In this document: positions 25,052 through 38,169 of the stretch, one piece after another
Layout: each line of letters opens with the position of its first letter
Numbering within the stretch: the first letter of the stretch is position 1
Assembly (NCBI RefSeq): GCF_006345805.1
Contig: NC_043017.1
Span: forward strand, 18,910,001 to 18,974,000
Direction of reading: 5' to 3'
Source of the DNA: Octopus sinensis
Lineage: Eukaryota
Length of the DNA stretch: 64,000 nucleotides
The notes under the pieces: generated by a model
What the model was told of the DNA's origin: nothing
Databases searched by the model: none
Seen by the model: only the letters and a program-made list of their open reading frames with translations
Made by a program: the position numbers and the translations under genes

Positions 25052-25290
25052 CATTTGACATCTGTTTGCCATGCTGGCATGGGTGGGGCAGTTTGACAGA
25101 AAACTAGTAAGCCTGGGAGCTGCACCAGGTTCTGATCTGATTTGGCAAGGTTTCTATGGCTGGATGCCTTTTGTATCACTAACCACTTTGAGAGTGTAGT
25201 GGATGTTTTTTTACGTGCCACCAGTACCTGACCTGACACCAACCACGATTATGGTCTGACTTGGTTTGACAGGTCTACACAGCAAAGTGA
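25052..25290 (-). mobile_element. Degenerate RTE 3'-tail element
   Basis: CATCTGTTTGCCATGCTGGCATGGG...GGCTGGATGCC...TTTTTACGTGCCACC family motifs. Confidence 0.7.
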
Positions 25291-25559
25291 TTTTCTTAAT
25301 CACACAGGCTACTCATATTATTTCATTGTTTTGAAGTTTTACACTGCTAAATATTCTGTCCCCAGGGCTGTTTGCCTTGGGGCTCTGTCCATGTTGTCCA
25401 ATCAACAGCATCATCATTTTAACATTCACTTTTCCATACTTGCATGGGTCAGGTGGACATTGAGGACTTTCTACAGCTGAAGGCTCTTCTTGTGGCCAAC
25501 CTACCCCTGTCTCCAAGCAAGGTAATATTTTCCCTTCATAAGTGGCATTTTATTTGTCT

Positions 25560-25720
25560 CTATGTTCTGAGTTCAAATTCCGCTAATGTCAACTTTGCCT
25601 TTTGTTGTTTTGGGTCAATAAAAAAAATTGCAGTTGAGCACTGGGCTGGGGGTAGATGGATGTCAGTGTAATCGGCTTAACCCCTTCCCCAGAGTTGCTA
25701 GCCTTGTGCCAAAATTTGAA
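25560..25720 (+). mobile_element. Degenerate tRNA-derived SINE
   Basis: B-box GAGTTCAAATTCC and CCTTGTGCC..ATTTGAAA tail. Confidence 0.65.
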
Positions 25721-26719
25721 ATCAATATTTCCTCTTGGTGTGACCAGGTTTCCACAGAAAACTGCAAATGGACGACACTCATTTACAACCATTGTGCAAC
25801 GTCAAGACAACAGGGACAGACATGCACCACACCACCACAATCATCATCATCCTTCAATATCTGTTTATCATCCTAGTATGTCTTCAACAGGTTGAGCATA
25901 GCTGGCTTTGTGCCAGTTGATAAGAAGTTAAAGTATAATGAAGGGATAAAGATAGTTGTGTTGGTTTTGAGGAGATATATGGCTACTCCAGTTGTAAGAG
26001 ATAGAGAGAATGGTGGAGATGTGTTGGGACATACCTTCAATGTACAATGAAGTTGTATAGATGTTTGAGCAGGGTGAGTGGGTATGGAAGGTTTAAAAAA
26101 GTGAGGAGTGGTGGATTAGAGGTGACTGGAGCAAGTGATGGTGAGAGAAACAGGAATGTCAGTGGGGACTATGATAGGTATGTGAGGGTGAGAGCGCAGT
26201 GTGTGCCTCATGTTGCAACACAGCGCCTATGGCTCTATCTGATGTATCTACCACAAGCGAAAGCTTTGTACCATAAACAGTTGCCCCCCACCTCCAATTT
26301 CTTCATTTTTCTGTAACTAACCATAAAATCCCAACCCTAACCCCCTAAAGCTAAAACCAGTACAAACGCACCAACGATGTCATAAATAACAGTGACAAAC
26401 GAAATATACACTGGCGATAGTTGTTGACAAACAACAGCAGTAATTTTATTCGGTTGAATACATGTCATTGATTGGTTGAAATTACCGAAATATGACTACA
26501 CCAGCGATAGTTGAAATAACTTTGATTATACAAACTTTTCTCAACAACACTAAGAGTAAAAGCTGTTTTATACAACACATTCTACCAGTGTCTGAAGTTT
26601 GAAAGTGTTTAGTTACAAAAAATTAATTTCTCTATTTGCCGTTCAAAGGGAAAAGATCCCCAGTCAGTCGACCCTTAAATAATTGCTTTCTTTTAGTACT
26701 TTTAGTAATTGTTACAAAC

Positions 26720-27140
26720 CTTCATCATCATTGTTCGACCATGGTCGAGACAATGGAATTTACCATGCTACGCCAGACTTCACGGTCCATCATGGCATTA
26801 CGGAGGTCCTGTTGCTGGATGCCTGTATCCCTAGAGATTACATCAGGGTAGGAGAGTGTGCGCCCTCTGGTATTGCGAGTAGATGGCTTCCAGAGGAGAA
26901 GAGTAGAAATTGCCTCGTTTTCAGCTCTACAACAATGTCCAGCAAACTGGACTCTCCTACCTTTCACAAGAGATGACACAGGTGGTAGTTTCCCATATAT
27001 TTGCATTTTGGTTGGATGACGCTTCCACAAGAGATTTTGAGCTCTCATAAGGAGGTGAGTGTAGAAGCACCTTTTTGCATTATTGTATAGCTTCAGAATA
27101 TGTTTGAAAAGGAATGTGTCCTTAAGTATGTTTAACCCCA
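26720..27140 (-). mobile_element. RTE/RTEX-type LINE 3' end, 5'-truncated
   Basis: ORF 26728-27141: RRVQFAGHCCR...LLLWKP..RGRTLSYPDVISRDTG...AMMDREVWR; short (TGA)n tail. Confidence 0.8.
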
Positions 27141-27159
27141 CCCATCTGGCAAACTAAAA

Positions 27160-27660
27160 TGCGTATGTTCAACTGGAAGCTAAATTCAGCCTTTCAACCT
27201 GATGGTCGCCGTAGTCTTACTTTCAATTTTAATTGGTTCGCTTTATTTCTAAAGGATAATTCTTAAGTTTGAAAGTTATAGTCTATTTATACATTATTCT
27301 CTTCAGCAATGCCATCACAGTCACTGACTTCCTAATAATAGCTGTAGTTGATACGAGGTATTTTTATTGATATTTTCCCCTTCAAACACCGTTTCTACTT
27401 TTATTAACACAATGTTCCTTATTTGATCAGTCATAAAATTCGCGACATCCCTAAGAAATTGACGTCCACAGGTCTACTCAGTCAGGATTAACTTAGGGCT
27501 ATAAACATCGACGATGCACGTTCCTGGAAAGAGGGCTGAATGTTATCGTTCTTTACTGCGTAAATGTATCTAATGTTAGTGTGATGGTGGACTTGTCATA
27601 ATTATTGTTGTCGTCGTTTTAGTTTTGTATAGTTATTGCTAGTTACAGGCCTTGATAAGA
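27160..27660 (+). promoter_or_regulatory. Orphan ZNF-cassette promoter, exon 1 and intron start with no downstream coding exon
   Basis: TGCGTATG at 27160, CTGGAAGC at 27173, GATACGAG|GTATTTTT near 27358. The following sequence aligns by eye to the ZNF9 intron (58257-58618) up to AGTTACxGGCCTTGATAAG. Confidence 0.7.
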
Positions 27661-27694
27661 TGAACAGTTACACTTTTCTACTCTAGGCACAAGG

Positions 27695-28975
27695 ACCTCC
27701 CGGAAGAATCCAACTCTGCGCATGCGTGCTGGAGATTTCCAAGATGGCGTCACTACAAGGCTCCCCCTCGAGTGCGGAAGTACAAAACAGAAGATTGTAG
27801 TGGCTCCAGAAAACAAGATGGTAGCCAATCACACAGAAGATATGGCACACAATATGACAAGCAAATAACTGTGAATGCAAAAAAAAAAAATAGCATGCAC
27901 AAAGTTGTTTTTTTTTTTTTCTTAACAAAATGTCCAAGAGTAAAACATGAAATGGACCAGGAGAGAAAAGAGAATGTCAAATATAAATTGTTTTTGAAAG
28001 TTTCTTGGGCCAGTGAACAGTTCTGCCTGATCTGGTAACAAGGTTTGCTCGAGGCACTTTTCAACGATGAAGGTGGCGTAGGCGTTGGTAGAGGCAAAGG
28101 TACCTGTGTAGGTGAATGTATTGTCAAAGGTGCATAGGTGGGTGTGGCAGCGGTGTCTTCAAAAGATGTAGACATCTCAAAATATGCTTTTTTTTTAGTT
28201 GGTCTCCGTATGACCATTCATCACGATGGTGAAAACTTTGGGTGTGCTAGAAAGCACACGGAAAGGTCCTTTATAAGGATAAACAAGAGGTCCCTTGACA
28301 GAGTCGTCTCGAATAAAAACATGCGACCAAGAGTCCATATCTGGTGGGACATGAGAGGGTGGAGATTGTTCCCGGGAAACCATGGGTGGAAGATTTGAAA
28401 AACAAGTACAAAGTTTGGTGACATGAGACGCCGGATCATGGAGCTGTGAAGTGTCTGGCACCAACATCGTACCAGGTAATGCCAGTGTGGTACCATACAG
28501 TAGCTCTGCAGAAGAAAAACCCAGGTCTGCCTTGACAGCAGTACGACAACCAAGAAGCACAATTGGCAGAAATTCAGTCCAAGACTGTGGATCTGCAAAG
28601 GCACGTAGAGTGGCCTTGAGCTGTCTATGGAACCGTTCAACTAATCCATTAGAAGCTGGATGGTAACTGGTTGTGTGAATGTGATGCACACCTAGAATAC
28701 GTGACAATTCACGAAATAAAGAAGCTTCAAACTGACGTCCACGATCGGTAGTTAATCTGGACGGAACTCCGAAATGGGAAATCCAGTTTGAAACAAAAGC
28801 TCGAGCAACAGACTCAGCAAAAATATCTGCTATTGGAATAGCTTCTGGCCAACGGGAGAAGCAATCAACACAGATTAAAAGATAAGACCCGCGACTCACA
28901 AGCCATGGTCCAACCAGATCAATGGGGACATAGACACATGGTGTCTGACATGTGATATGTTGCACCAAAGTTCAA
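27695..28975 (-). mobile_element. Ty3/Gypsy LTR-retrotransposon fragment: integrase core, PPT and truncated 3' LTR
   Basis: ORF 28195-28968 has IDLVGP, TTDRGRQF and SNGLVERFHRQLK (full DDE triad). PPT GAGGGGGAG at 27769-27761; the LTR begins TGTAGTG at 27757 and is cut after ~60 bp. Confidence 0.92.
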
Positions 28976-29317
28976 CAAGGTTATGTTCTTCATTTTAATA
29001 TTAAATATTTTACAGTTTTTACATTACATGAAATGAATTTCTTATGAAATTGTTAGGTATCTGGTTGAGGAAAATAATCACATTTTTTTTTTAAATCCTG
29101 CCAAGTTTTGAATGTAAAGGTTGCATATTTCTTCAGAGGGATCATTTGATGTTACAAAACAGTTCTTTAGTGTCCGAAAAGATTCAAAAACATTGCTCTG
29201 CAGATGTTCTGACCTTGCAATTTCTAATTTAATAATTATAGCTTTTAGTTTTATCTTCAGCTGTAAAAATATCTCTCTTTTGTAGGCCATTCCAATACAT
29301 GAAAATATCAGACATAT

Positions 29318-30240
29318 ATGCTCCGATGGATGTGTAATGCCGGTACTCACACTCGGCAGAGTGTAAGTACCTTGAGAGAAAAGCTGGACCTAAGAAGCAT
29401 CAGTTGTGGTGTGCAAGAGAGACGTTTGCGCTGGTATGGTCATGTGGCGAGAATGGATGAAGATAGTTGTGTGAAAAAGTGCCACACCCTAGCGGTTGAG
29501 GGAACCTGTGGAAGAGGCAGACCCAGGAAAACCTGGGACAAGGTGGTGAAGCACGACCTTCGAACTTTAGGTCTCACTGAGGAAATGACTAGAGACCGAG
29601 ACCTCTGGAAGTGTGCTGTGCGCGAGAAGACCCGGCAGGACAAGTGAGTCCACAACCCGTGGCCTTCTACATGGGATGGAGCCAGCCTACGTATGCATAC
29701 CTTCCCTTCTTGGGACACAAAACTCTACTTGTGAAGACGTGTTGAGGCAAGTGAGGATCAGAATCGAAATCGATCAATGGAAATTGCGGATGTGCTACCA
29801 GTGCCGGTGGCATGTCGAAACTCTGCTTGTGAAGACCCATTGAGGCAAGTGAGGATCAGAATCGAAATCGATCAATGGAAATTGCAGATGTGTTACCAGT
29901 GCCGGTGGCATGTAAGAGAACTTTCCGTTTCGCGACCGTTGCCAGCACCGCCCCGTTTCGTGTCCGTTGCCAGCCTCGCCTGGCCCTCGTGCCGGTGGCA
30001 CATAAAAAGCACCATCCGTTCGTGGCCGTTTGCCAGCTCTGTCTGGCACCAGTGCGGGTGGCACGTAAAAAGCACCCACTACACTCACGGAGTGGTTGGC
30101 GTTAGGAAGGGCATCCAGCCGTAGAAACACTGCCAGATTTGACTGGGCCTGATGAAGCCTTCTGGCTTCACAGACCCCAGTAGAACCGTCCAACCCATGC
30201 TAGCATGGAAAACGGACGCTAAATGATGATGATGATGATA
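29318..30240 (+). mobile_element. RTE LINE 3' end (ORF C-terminus, 3' UTR, (GAT)n tail) with an internal 98-bp tandem duplication
   Basis: RRLRWYGHVARM...GRGRPRKTW...DLRTLGL..RDRDLWK; duplicate units start at 29720 and 29818. Confidence 0.9.
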
Positions 30241-31339
30241 TACCACCATAGCTAGCCTTGAAAAGGTTGTTGAACTACTCACTCCCATAGAACCACTTTC
30301 TACGAAAAAACAAATTTATTTCCTCTATCCTTATCTTATATTGTCATCTTGTAACTTGAGAGTATGCCCTCACCATCTCTCTCTCCCTTTCCAACTGGGG
30401 AAGCTATGTATTCACCTGTCAGTAAGACAACACCTGTTCTTGTCCCTCTGTCATTCTTTTTACATCCTTCAATATTATATCCCACTCAGTTGAAGGATCT
30501 TGTCTTGCAAGTTACTTGGTGACCTCCCTAGTGCCAGTGCCACATAAAAAGTTCTGTGCAGTGGTTGGGATTAGGAACCAGCTGTATATCTCATGCCAAA
30601 GCAGACATTAGAGCTTGGGTTGCTGGTTCCTGTGGGACCAAAGCATGCTGGAATGAAAAGTATGTTAAATTATGTCTACACAACTCAGATATGTGGGTAA
30701 GTACTGTTCCCCATTACAGCCAAAGCATTTGAGAATATAAGAGCATGGACACTGCCCATCATCTCACAAGACTTTAAAAGATGAAACTTTTCTAAAATAA
30801 ACTAGTTTCACTGCCTTCTCTAATGTTGACTCCAATTTTCTTGGTATGTGTGTGATGTTATGCTCAGGAAATGTCTGTGCCACTTCTTGGTATAAGTAAC
30901 CTCTTCATTCCTCAAGGATAATTTCACTACTCTAAACTGCCTTCACCCAAGACTGCCAAGTTGACCACAACCCCTGCAGTTTTCCCACATCCAATGGCAT
31001 CTCCTTATGATACCTTGTTCCTTCCATTCTTTCCACACCAGATTGATGCACATTGCTGCATCCACATGCACACACACACGTGTACACATAACAGATATAT
31101 ACATGATACACAAAGAACTACACATACAAACATAAGCCCATTCTCTCCGGTCTTAAAATCCCAAACCCATCATCCAGTTTCTGGACAATCAATGGCTGAC
31201 CAGAGGTAACCAAATCTGCTTTTCACCTTTTTCTTGTTTTCTTTCTTTCCTTTTCTTCTTACATTTTCAATATCCAAAGATGTATGATATTAAAAATGTG
31301 ATAACAACCATTTCCATTTCTCTGTGCATCAGGTTACTA

Positions 31340-31920
31340 GTATCAATTGCGAGGCCAGTGCAAGTTTTGGACACATAAGAGGTGCAACAGTACCATGGGA
31401 AAGTTGACAGAAAAAGTAGATTTTGTGTGTCGCAGACATGCAAGTACAACAAACACTAAGAATGTACTGAGAATAGACTTCCTTGAAGGTCCAGTGGGGA
31501 TCTTTAGAAGTAGCAGACAGCTTCTGTTACCTGGAGGCAATCAAGTTACCTGTGGAGGAGGAAGTTCTGAAAGCGGAGTTGGTAGCATAAGAATAGTCTG
31601 GGTGTTCATAGAGCTATTACCTTTGTTACCAGAGCAAAAGGCAGATTGTATTATCCCCGTGCATGTACAGCTATGCTACAGAGTAGTGAAACATGGTTTT
31701 CACTGGATGAGTAATGTCAGTGTACATGTATGACAGAGTATAAATGAATTAACAGAAAAATTAGGTGTAAGAGGCAATTTTGTAGTGTGCAAGAGGAGAC
31801 AGTTGCATGAAGTGCCAATACCTAATTGCTAAGGGAACCAGTAGATGTAGAACAAAGTGATGAGAAAGAATCTTCAAACGTAGGGCTTCACTAAGGAAAT
31901 GACAAAACTTCTGGTGATTT
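31340..31920 (+). mobile_element. Degenerate RTE LINE RT fragment
   Basis: EVADSFCYL...GGGSSES...IRIVW..F.ELLPLL; RRRQLH. Confidence 0.7.
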
Positions 31921-32019
31921 GCTGTGTTTCACAAGACATGTTAAGCTACATAAAATTAGGTGCATGCTAGATGGTGCCTATACCAGAATGTTACGTACAG
32001 TGCTCAACGGTTATATGGA

Positions 32020-32530
32020 AATGTACAAAATTTCTTATCAATCATCCAAGAGCAGAGATTGAAGTTTGCTGGAGAAGGAAAGAATTTGTGAGTAATGTGT
32101 TGCTATGGACACCAAACCATGGTACCACAGTGGCTAGAAGACCATGGAAGACATATATACATCAGCGTGCAGAAGACCTAAAAAACTAGCAGAAGATCAG
32201 GAGGGATGGAGAGGGGTAGTCAGGCTGGCCCAAGCAATCAGCCTGACTGGATGATGCCTCGATAGTGAGATACCCACAGGTATGTCCTTTACCACCATGC
32301 CCTCAACTCTCTCTCAGCTGAGAGGTCCTGATCTTGCGGGCACATAGATGCTGGTATCATGTGAAAAGCACCCAGTATACTCTGTAGAGTGGCTGGCAAT
32401 AGGAAGAGTAGCCAGCTGTAGAAACCATGCCAACAGAAATTGGAACTCGGGTAGCTCTCTGGCAGACCAGCTCCTGTCAAACCGTCCAACCCATGCCAGC
32501 ATGGAAAATGGACATTAAATGATGACAAAC
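32020..32530 (+). mobile_element. RTEX-type C-terminal fragment followed by an RTE 3'-tail element
   Basis: QRLKFAG..RRKEFVSNVLLWTP..RRPWKTYI; then the CCATGCCAGCATGGAAAATGGACATTAAATGATGA tail. Confidence 0.6.
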
Positions 32531-33610
32531 TGATAATCCTTAGACTGTCAGATATGATATGTGATTCTTCTAACTCTCTAAAAATAAATCCCTCTGAGGT
32601 CAATTTTGCATTCTATGTTTTTCCCATTGATTACTACTGTACTAATCCCATACTAGAGTCAATTTTCTCTCTTTACTTCCTTCTGAAAAAAATTATTTTT
32701 AAACGTGGAGGATGGGTTCTATTATAATGTACAAGACATGTTGAATAATAATGAAGTACTTTAACATAGAAACTTTGTTGAGTATACAGAAAGTGAGCCA
32801 AGCATTTCAAAAACTCCACATCAAACAAAGCACTGCAGCCCAAAGTTAATCTCCACCAAACTGAAAGTCTACAATGCTGTTGTCAATGGCTGTCGAACAT
32901 AGATAATGTTTTTTAGAGAGGCCAAACAATCTCCCAATCATTCACCATATAAACACAATAGCAGGACAGTGTTGCCAGTCTTACTGTCCTAAACACAGCC
33001 AAATCTACCTGCATTTAAATGAAGATCCTTAAGGTTCTATGGAGAGCTGGTGCAGAATGGTCATTGTCAGGGGTGACCAAACAAGAGAATAAAAAAAGAA
33101 ACATCCTCAGCTTCAATCTGAAGTGGATCCAATCTCCATTTATATGTACCTGAGTTTAAATAATTTATTTCTAAGACAGGAAATTTGTCTCAGGTAAATA
33201 AAACAACAAAATTCTTCACATTTCACATTGTCAGGAAAATAACTGAAATTTTAGTAGTGACTACAAGGAGAGAGTGTGATGGACATTTCCATCACAGGAA
33301 TTTTCCTCAGTTATCTTCATCAGTATTATGGGAGGTGATCCTTGAATATATGTTCCTTTGTCCCTTACATAGCCTAAATGAGAGCCAAAAGACAATTCCG
33401 AACAGTAAAGTTTCAGGAAACTTCCATAAGTGATCTTATCATCATCATCGTCATGATCTAGTATTTTGTTTTCTTGTGTTTAAGACTTGAAAAAAACTGA
33501 TATTTTTCACATAGCTCTAATAGTCATTATACAAATTATATTTTCACTGTGTACAAGTTATGCACCATTGGTTATAGTAAGCAAATTATATTGATTATTT
33601 ATTTATGGTA

Positions 33611-33885
33611 TCATCATCATCATCATTTAGCGTCCGTTCTCCATGCTAGCATGGGTTGGACGGTTCAACTGGGGTCTGTGAAGCTGGAAGGCTTCATCAG
33701 GCCCAGTCAGATCTGGCAGTGTTTCTACGGCTGGATGCCCTTCCTAACGCCAACCACTCCGTGAGTGTAGTGGGTGCTTTTTACGTGCCACCCGCACAGG
33801 TGCCAGACAGAGCTGGCAAACGGCCACAAACGGATGGTGCTTTTACGTGTCACCGGCACAGGGCCAGGCGAGGCTGGCAACGGAA
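33611..33885 (-). mobile_element. RTE 3'-tail element
   Basis: Near-identical reverse complement of 29960-30240. Confidence 0.88.
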
Positions 33886-35429
33886 AGTGGAATGTTATAT
33901 TTTTGCCTGTAACTATGCTTTTGTTCAGAAAAACACACTTGATAGGTTATGCCTGAAAATAAGATGGAATGGTTACAGTTGTTGATTGTAGGTCTGCTAG
34001 ATCATAGCTGACTTAGAATTGACAGGTAAATAACAAAAATGAATATTATTCAGTTTCTATCTAAGAAAAACAATTTCCTGATCACTTCATACAACTAAAT
34101 CCCTCTCCAGATTCTCCAATCTGTAATTTTAGTCATTACTAAACAACAATAACAGTATTTATACTGAAAAATTTGTTTTTTTATCCACTGTAAAACAAAA
34201 CCTGCCAAATTCTGAAAATAAACAAAATGTGGCTTGCAGTTAAAGATGGCTAATATTAAATTTAATGTAACTGTGCATTAGCTGCATTTCAGAAGCCATA
34301 GGTATTACATTGATGATATCTAAAAAGACTAGGTGTGTTAAACCTATCATGTTACCATTTTAACTTGGCTAATTTTTTCACATGAAGGCTGTTCAGTTTC
34401 ATTGTTCTGTAAGAGTTAATTTCCCTGCAATTGTTTTGGATATTTTATATATTGGTGACTAGTGGAGAAATTTTTCAAGTAAAAGCTGAGTAGTGATGCT
34501 GAAAATATTGATATCCCCTTTCCTACTGAGATGACCGACAGCATTCATACATAAAGCCCTGGTCTAACCACTACATTAAGTCCTTCACTTTGCAGGAACT
34601 CCTCACCATCTGCCAATATTTTCCTGCAACCACATCGCAAAATATACAGTGAAGATCAGTTTGGGAAAATGCACTACTTATATCCAAATTAGTGAATTCT
34701 ATAATTTATGAATATATAACAAAAACTTGTGGATTAGCATGTTGTATACAGGAAATAAGACTACAATTTAAGAGTGAATAAAGCTTTATTTAAACCTCAG
34801 GTTAGAAAATTCACAAAATGTAATGAGGACAGAACAAGATTCTTAGCATCAAAGTTCAGATGCCAAATGATTCAGAAACTGTGGTGATATCTTCTGACTG
34901 ACATGTCCGACCCATGCAAGCAATAGTAGAATGGACATTGATAATGACGATTCACAAATTATAGAGCACTTATTGCATTTATACCAAGTTGAGATTTAGA
35001 GACATATTCAAATAAACATTGTTTAATCATCATATAACAAATGAATCTTACTACAAATAAAAGAAATGGTTATATATAAATCTTCCAGCAGAATCCTTCC
35101 TATGATAGTATATGGACAAAATTTAACCTAGAATATACACTACATTACAGGAATTAATGTTTATGAGATTGTGAATATATATCAGATATACTTATATCCT
35201 ATTATACTATGATGAAATATTATCTTTTACAGTTAGTGTATTTATTTCTAACATAACAAATGCACAAAATCACAGTGTTAACTGTGATTTGACAATACAT
35301 GTCTCATTTTCTTAGCCACAATGTCAAATAATTCAAATATATTATTTTTCTGTTGTGAAAATAAGTTAAATGGAATACATACAAGTATTTCAATACAATG
35401 ATTTTCTTAAAAGTGTAAATACAGTTGTG

Positions 35430-35667
35430 CTTTTATAAGATATCTTGTATCACAATTGTTTAAGGTTTCTTCCCATCTGCCCAGATTTCATAATGTCATT
35501 TCTCTTCTATTTTAATATATTTGTGCCTTGTTTAGTCACTACTTACAGAAACTGATTTACCAGAAATGTTATGCTGATATGGCTTCTCTTCTGTATAACT
35601 ATGTTTGAGTCATGTTAAGCCATTCATTTCCACAGAATGAGTTTCCTAAAATATCACACTGATATGG
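35430..35667 (-). pseudogene. Decayed finger units after the ZNF6 stop codon
   Basis: The stop TAA replaces the linker Lys (ACA GAA AAG TAA CCA TAT CAG TGT GAT); 2-3 degenerate units follow. Confidence 0.75.
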
Positions 35668-38169
35668 TTACTTTTCTGTATGAAGACGTCTATGTTTAGT
35701 TAACTGAATATTTCTAGAGAATGATTTCCCACAGATATCACAGAGGAACAGCTTCTCTGCTCTATGAACATATTTATGATTGTTGAAAGTACTTCTTTGA
35801 GAGAATGACTTCTCACAGATATCACACTCATATGGCTTCTCACCAGTATGAGTGCGTTTGTGAATAGTTAAGACACTACTTTGAAAGAAGGAATACCCAC
35901 AAATATTACATTGGAATGGTTTGTCTCCTGTATGAGTGCGTTTGTGTACAGTTAATGCATTTCCATGAGAGAAAGACTTACCACATATCTCACAGTGATA
36001 TGGCTTCTCTCCTGTATGGACACGCTTATGAGTAGTTAAGACATAAGACCGGGAGAATGATTTACCACAGATATTGCAGGCATATGGCTTCTCTCCTGTA
36101 TGGGTACGTTTATGCAGTGTCAAGACATTTTTTTGAGAAAATGATATACTGCAGACATCACAATGGTATGGCTTTTCTATTGTATGAATACGTTTGTGCA
36201 TAGCTAAAACACTTTTCTGCGTGAATGATTTACCACAAACATCACAGTGATGTGGCTTAACTCCTGTATGAATGCGTTTGTGTATAGTTAAGTCATAACA
36301 CCGAGAGAATGACTTGCTGCAGATATCACAGTCATATGGTTTCTGCCCTGCATGGATGAGTTTGTGCAGATTTAAGATATTTTTTTCTGAGAATGATTTA
36401 CCACAGATGATACAGTGATATGGTTTCTCTTGTGTATGTATACGTATGTGATTGGTGAGATTACCTCTGCGTGAGAATGTTCTCCCACAAGTATCACACT
36501 GATACGGTCTTTCTCCTGTATGAATGCGTTTGTGTATAGTTAGGGTGATTCTATGTGAAAATGATTTACCACAGACATAACACTGATATGGTTTCTCATA
36601 TGGATTAGAATGCTTGGGTCTAGTTATATCACAGCTTCCAGAGAATGATTTTTCCCTTGTAGGAATGCATGTGTGTTTTGTTAAGTCTTTATTTTGAGAA
36701 AATGATTTACCACAAATATTGCAGTGATATGGCTTCTCTCCTGTATGAACGTGTTTGTGCTTAGTTAAGCTACCACTTTCAGAAAATGATTTACCACAGA
36801 TATCACAGTGATATGGCCTCTCACCTGTATGAACACGCTTGTGGGGAGCTAAGGAACTACTTTCCGAGAAGGATTTACCACAGATATCACAGTGGTATGG
36901 TTTTTCACCTGTATGAACACGTTTGTGTTTAATTAAGTCACTACTTGTGGAGCAAGATTTACCACAGATATCACAGTGATACGGTTTCTCTCCTGTATGA
37001 ATACGTTTGTGCTTAGTTAAATCTCCACTTTGAACGAATGATTTACCACAGACATTACAGCAATATCGTTTTACTCCATTATGAATGTCTTTGTGTCTCA
37101 TTAGGTTACTCTTAATTGTAAAGGATTTACCACAAATATCACAGTGATATGGTTTCTCCCCTGTATGGATACTTCTGTGATTAGTTAGGCGACATTTTTG
37201 TGAGAATGATTTTCCACAGATATCACAGTGATATGGTTTCCCCCCTGTGTGGAGCCTTATGTGAATAGTTAGTTCACCTTTTTGAGAGAATGATTTATGA
37301 CAAACATCACAGTTATATGGCTTCTCTCCTGTATGTATGCGTCTGTGAGTAGTTAGGTTACATTTATTTGTGAAGGATTTACCGCAGATATCACAGTGGT
37401 AAGGCTTCTCTCCTGTGTGAATATTTTTGTGAGTATTTAGGTGACTTTTTTGAGAGAATGATTTACCACAAACATCACAGGGATATGGCTTCTCTCCTGT
37501 ATGAATATTTCTGTGAGTTGTGAGGGAAGATTTTAAAGAAAATGATTTACCACAAATTTCACAGTGGTATGGCCTCTCTCCTGTGTGAACCCGTTTGTGT
37601 ACATATGAGGCACTTCTATGAGAAAATGTTTTACCACAAATATTACAATGGTATGGCTTCTCTCCTGTATGGGTATTTTTGTGAGTAGTAAGGGGACTCT
37701 TTCGGGGGAATGATTTACCACAGATATCACATTGATATGGTTTCTCTCCTGTATGAGTACGTCTGTGAGTAGTGAAGGTACCACTATCAGAAAATGATTT
37801 ACCACAGATATTACAGTGATATGGCTTCTCACCTGTATGTATACGTTTGTGAGTGGTTAAGTTTCGTGCTTCAGAAAAGGATTTACCACAGATATCGCAG
37901 TGATATGGTTTCTCTCCAGTATGAGTTCGTATGTGTATAGTTAAGCTACCACTTTCAGAAAATGATTTACCACAGGTATCACAGTGATATGGTTTCTCTC
38001 CTGTATGAATACGTTTGTGAGTAGTTAAGTTTCCTGTTTCTGAGAAAGATTTACCACAGACATCACAGCTATATATTTTTCCTATTTTTTTTAGCATCTC
38101 ATTAGGGAATTCAACTGTTTCATATTCTGTTTTAATTTTAATTGGTTTCTCACAGATTTCATCTTCCAT
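35668..38169 (-). CDS. C2H2 zinc-finger protein (ZNF6), ~833 aa, 27 intact plus 2 broken finger units
   Basis: The ORF track starts at a GTG (38214); the ATG homologous to the other genes ([15 protein letters not shown]) is at 38169. Acceptor at 38509-38508, donor at 40036. Confidence 0.93.
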   Translation of the reverse strand: MEDEICEKPIKIKTEYETVEFPNEMLKKIGKIYSCDVCGKSFSETGNLTTHKRIHTGEKPYHCDTCGKSFSESGSLTIHIRTHTGEKPYHCDICGKSFSEARNLTTHKRIHTGEKPYHCNICGKSFSDSGTFTTHRRTHTGEKPYQCDICGKSFPRKSPLTTHKNTHTGEKPYHCNICGKTFSHRSASYVHKRVHTGERPYHCEICGKSFSLKSSLTTHRNIHTGEKPYPCDVCGKSFSQKSHLNTHKNIHTGEKPYHCDICGKSFTNKCNLTTHRRIHTGEKPYNCDVCHKSFSQKGELTIHIRLHTGGKPYHCDICGKSFSQKCRLTNHRSIHTGEKPYHCDICGKSFTIKSNLMRHKDIHNGVKRYCCNVCGKSFVQSGDLTKHKRIHTGEKPYHCDICGKSCSTSSDLIKHKRVHTGEKPYHCDICGKSFSESSSLAPHKRVHTGERPYHCDICGKSFSESGSLTKHKHVHTGEKPYHCNICGKSFSQNKDLTKHTCIPTREKSFSGSCDITRPKHSNPYEKPYQCYVCGKSFSHRITLTIHKRIHTGERPYQCDTCGRTFSRRGNLTNHIRIHTQEKPYHCIICGKSFSEKNILNLHKLIHAGQKPYDCDICSKSFSRCYDLTIHKRIHTGVKPHHCDVCGKSFTQKSVLAMHKRIHTIEKPYHCDVCSISFSQKNVLTLHKRTHTGEKPYACNICGKSFSRSYVLTTHKRVHTGEKPYHCEICGKSFSHGNALTVHKRTHTGDKPFQCNICGYSFFQSSVLTIHKRTHTGEKPYECDICEKSFSQRSTFNNHKYVHRAEKLFLCDICGKSFSRNIQLTKHRRLHTEK

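Noticed and set aside
28195-28968. Domesticated integrase gene
   Set aside because: The N-terminal zinc-binding region is truncated or deleted, the ORF starts at a non-ATG codon, and the PPT and LTR stub remain, so it is a plain TE fragment despite the intact DDE triad.
33010-33148. Minus-strand segment bounded by good acceptor and donor motifs (possible exon)
   Set aside because: Stops occur in all three frames, it has no paralog, and such motif pairs arise by chance; it would need RNA evidence.
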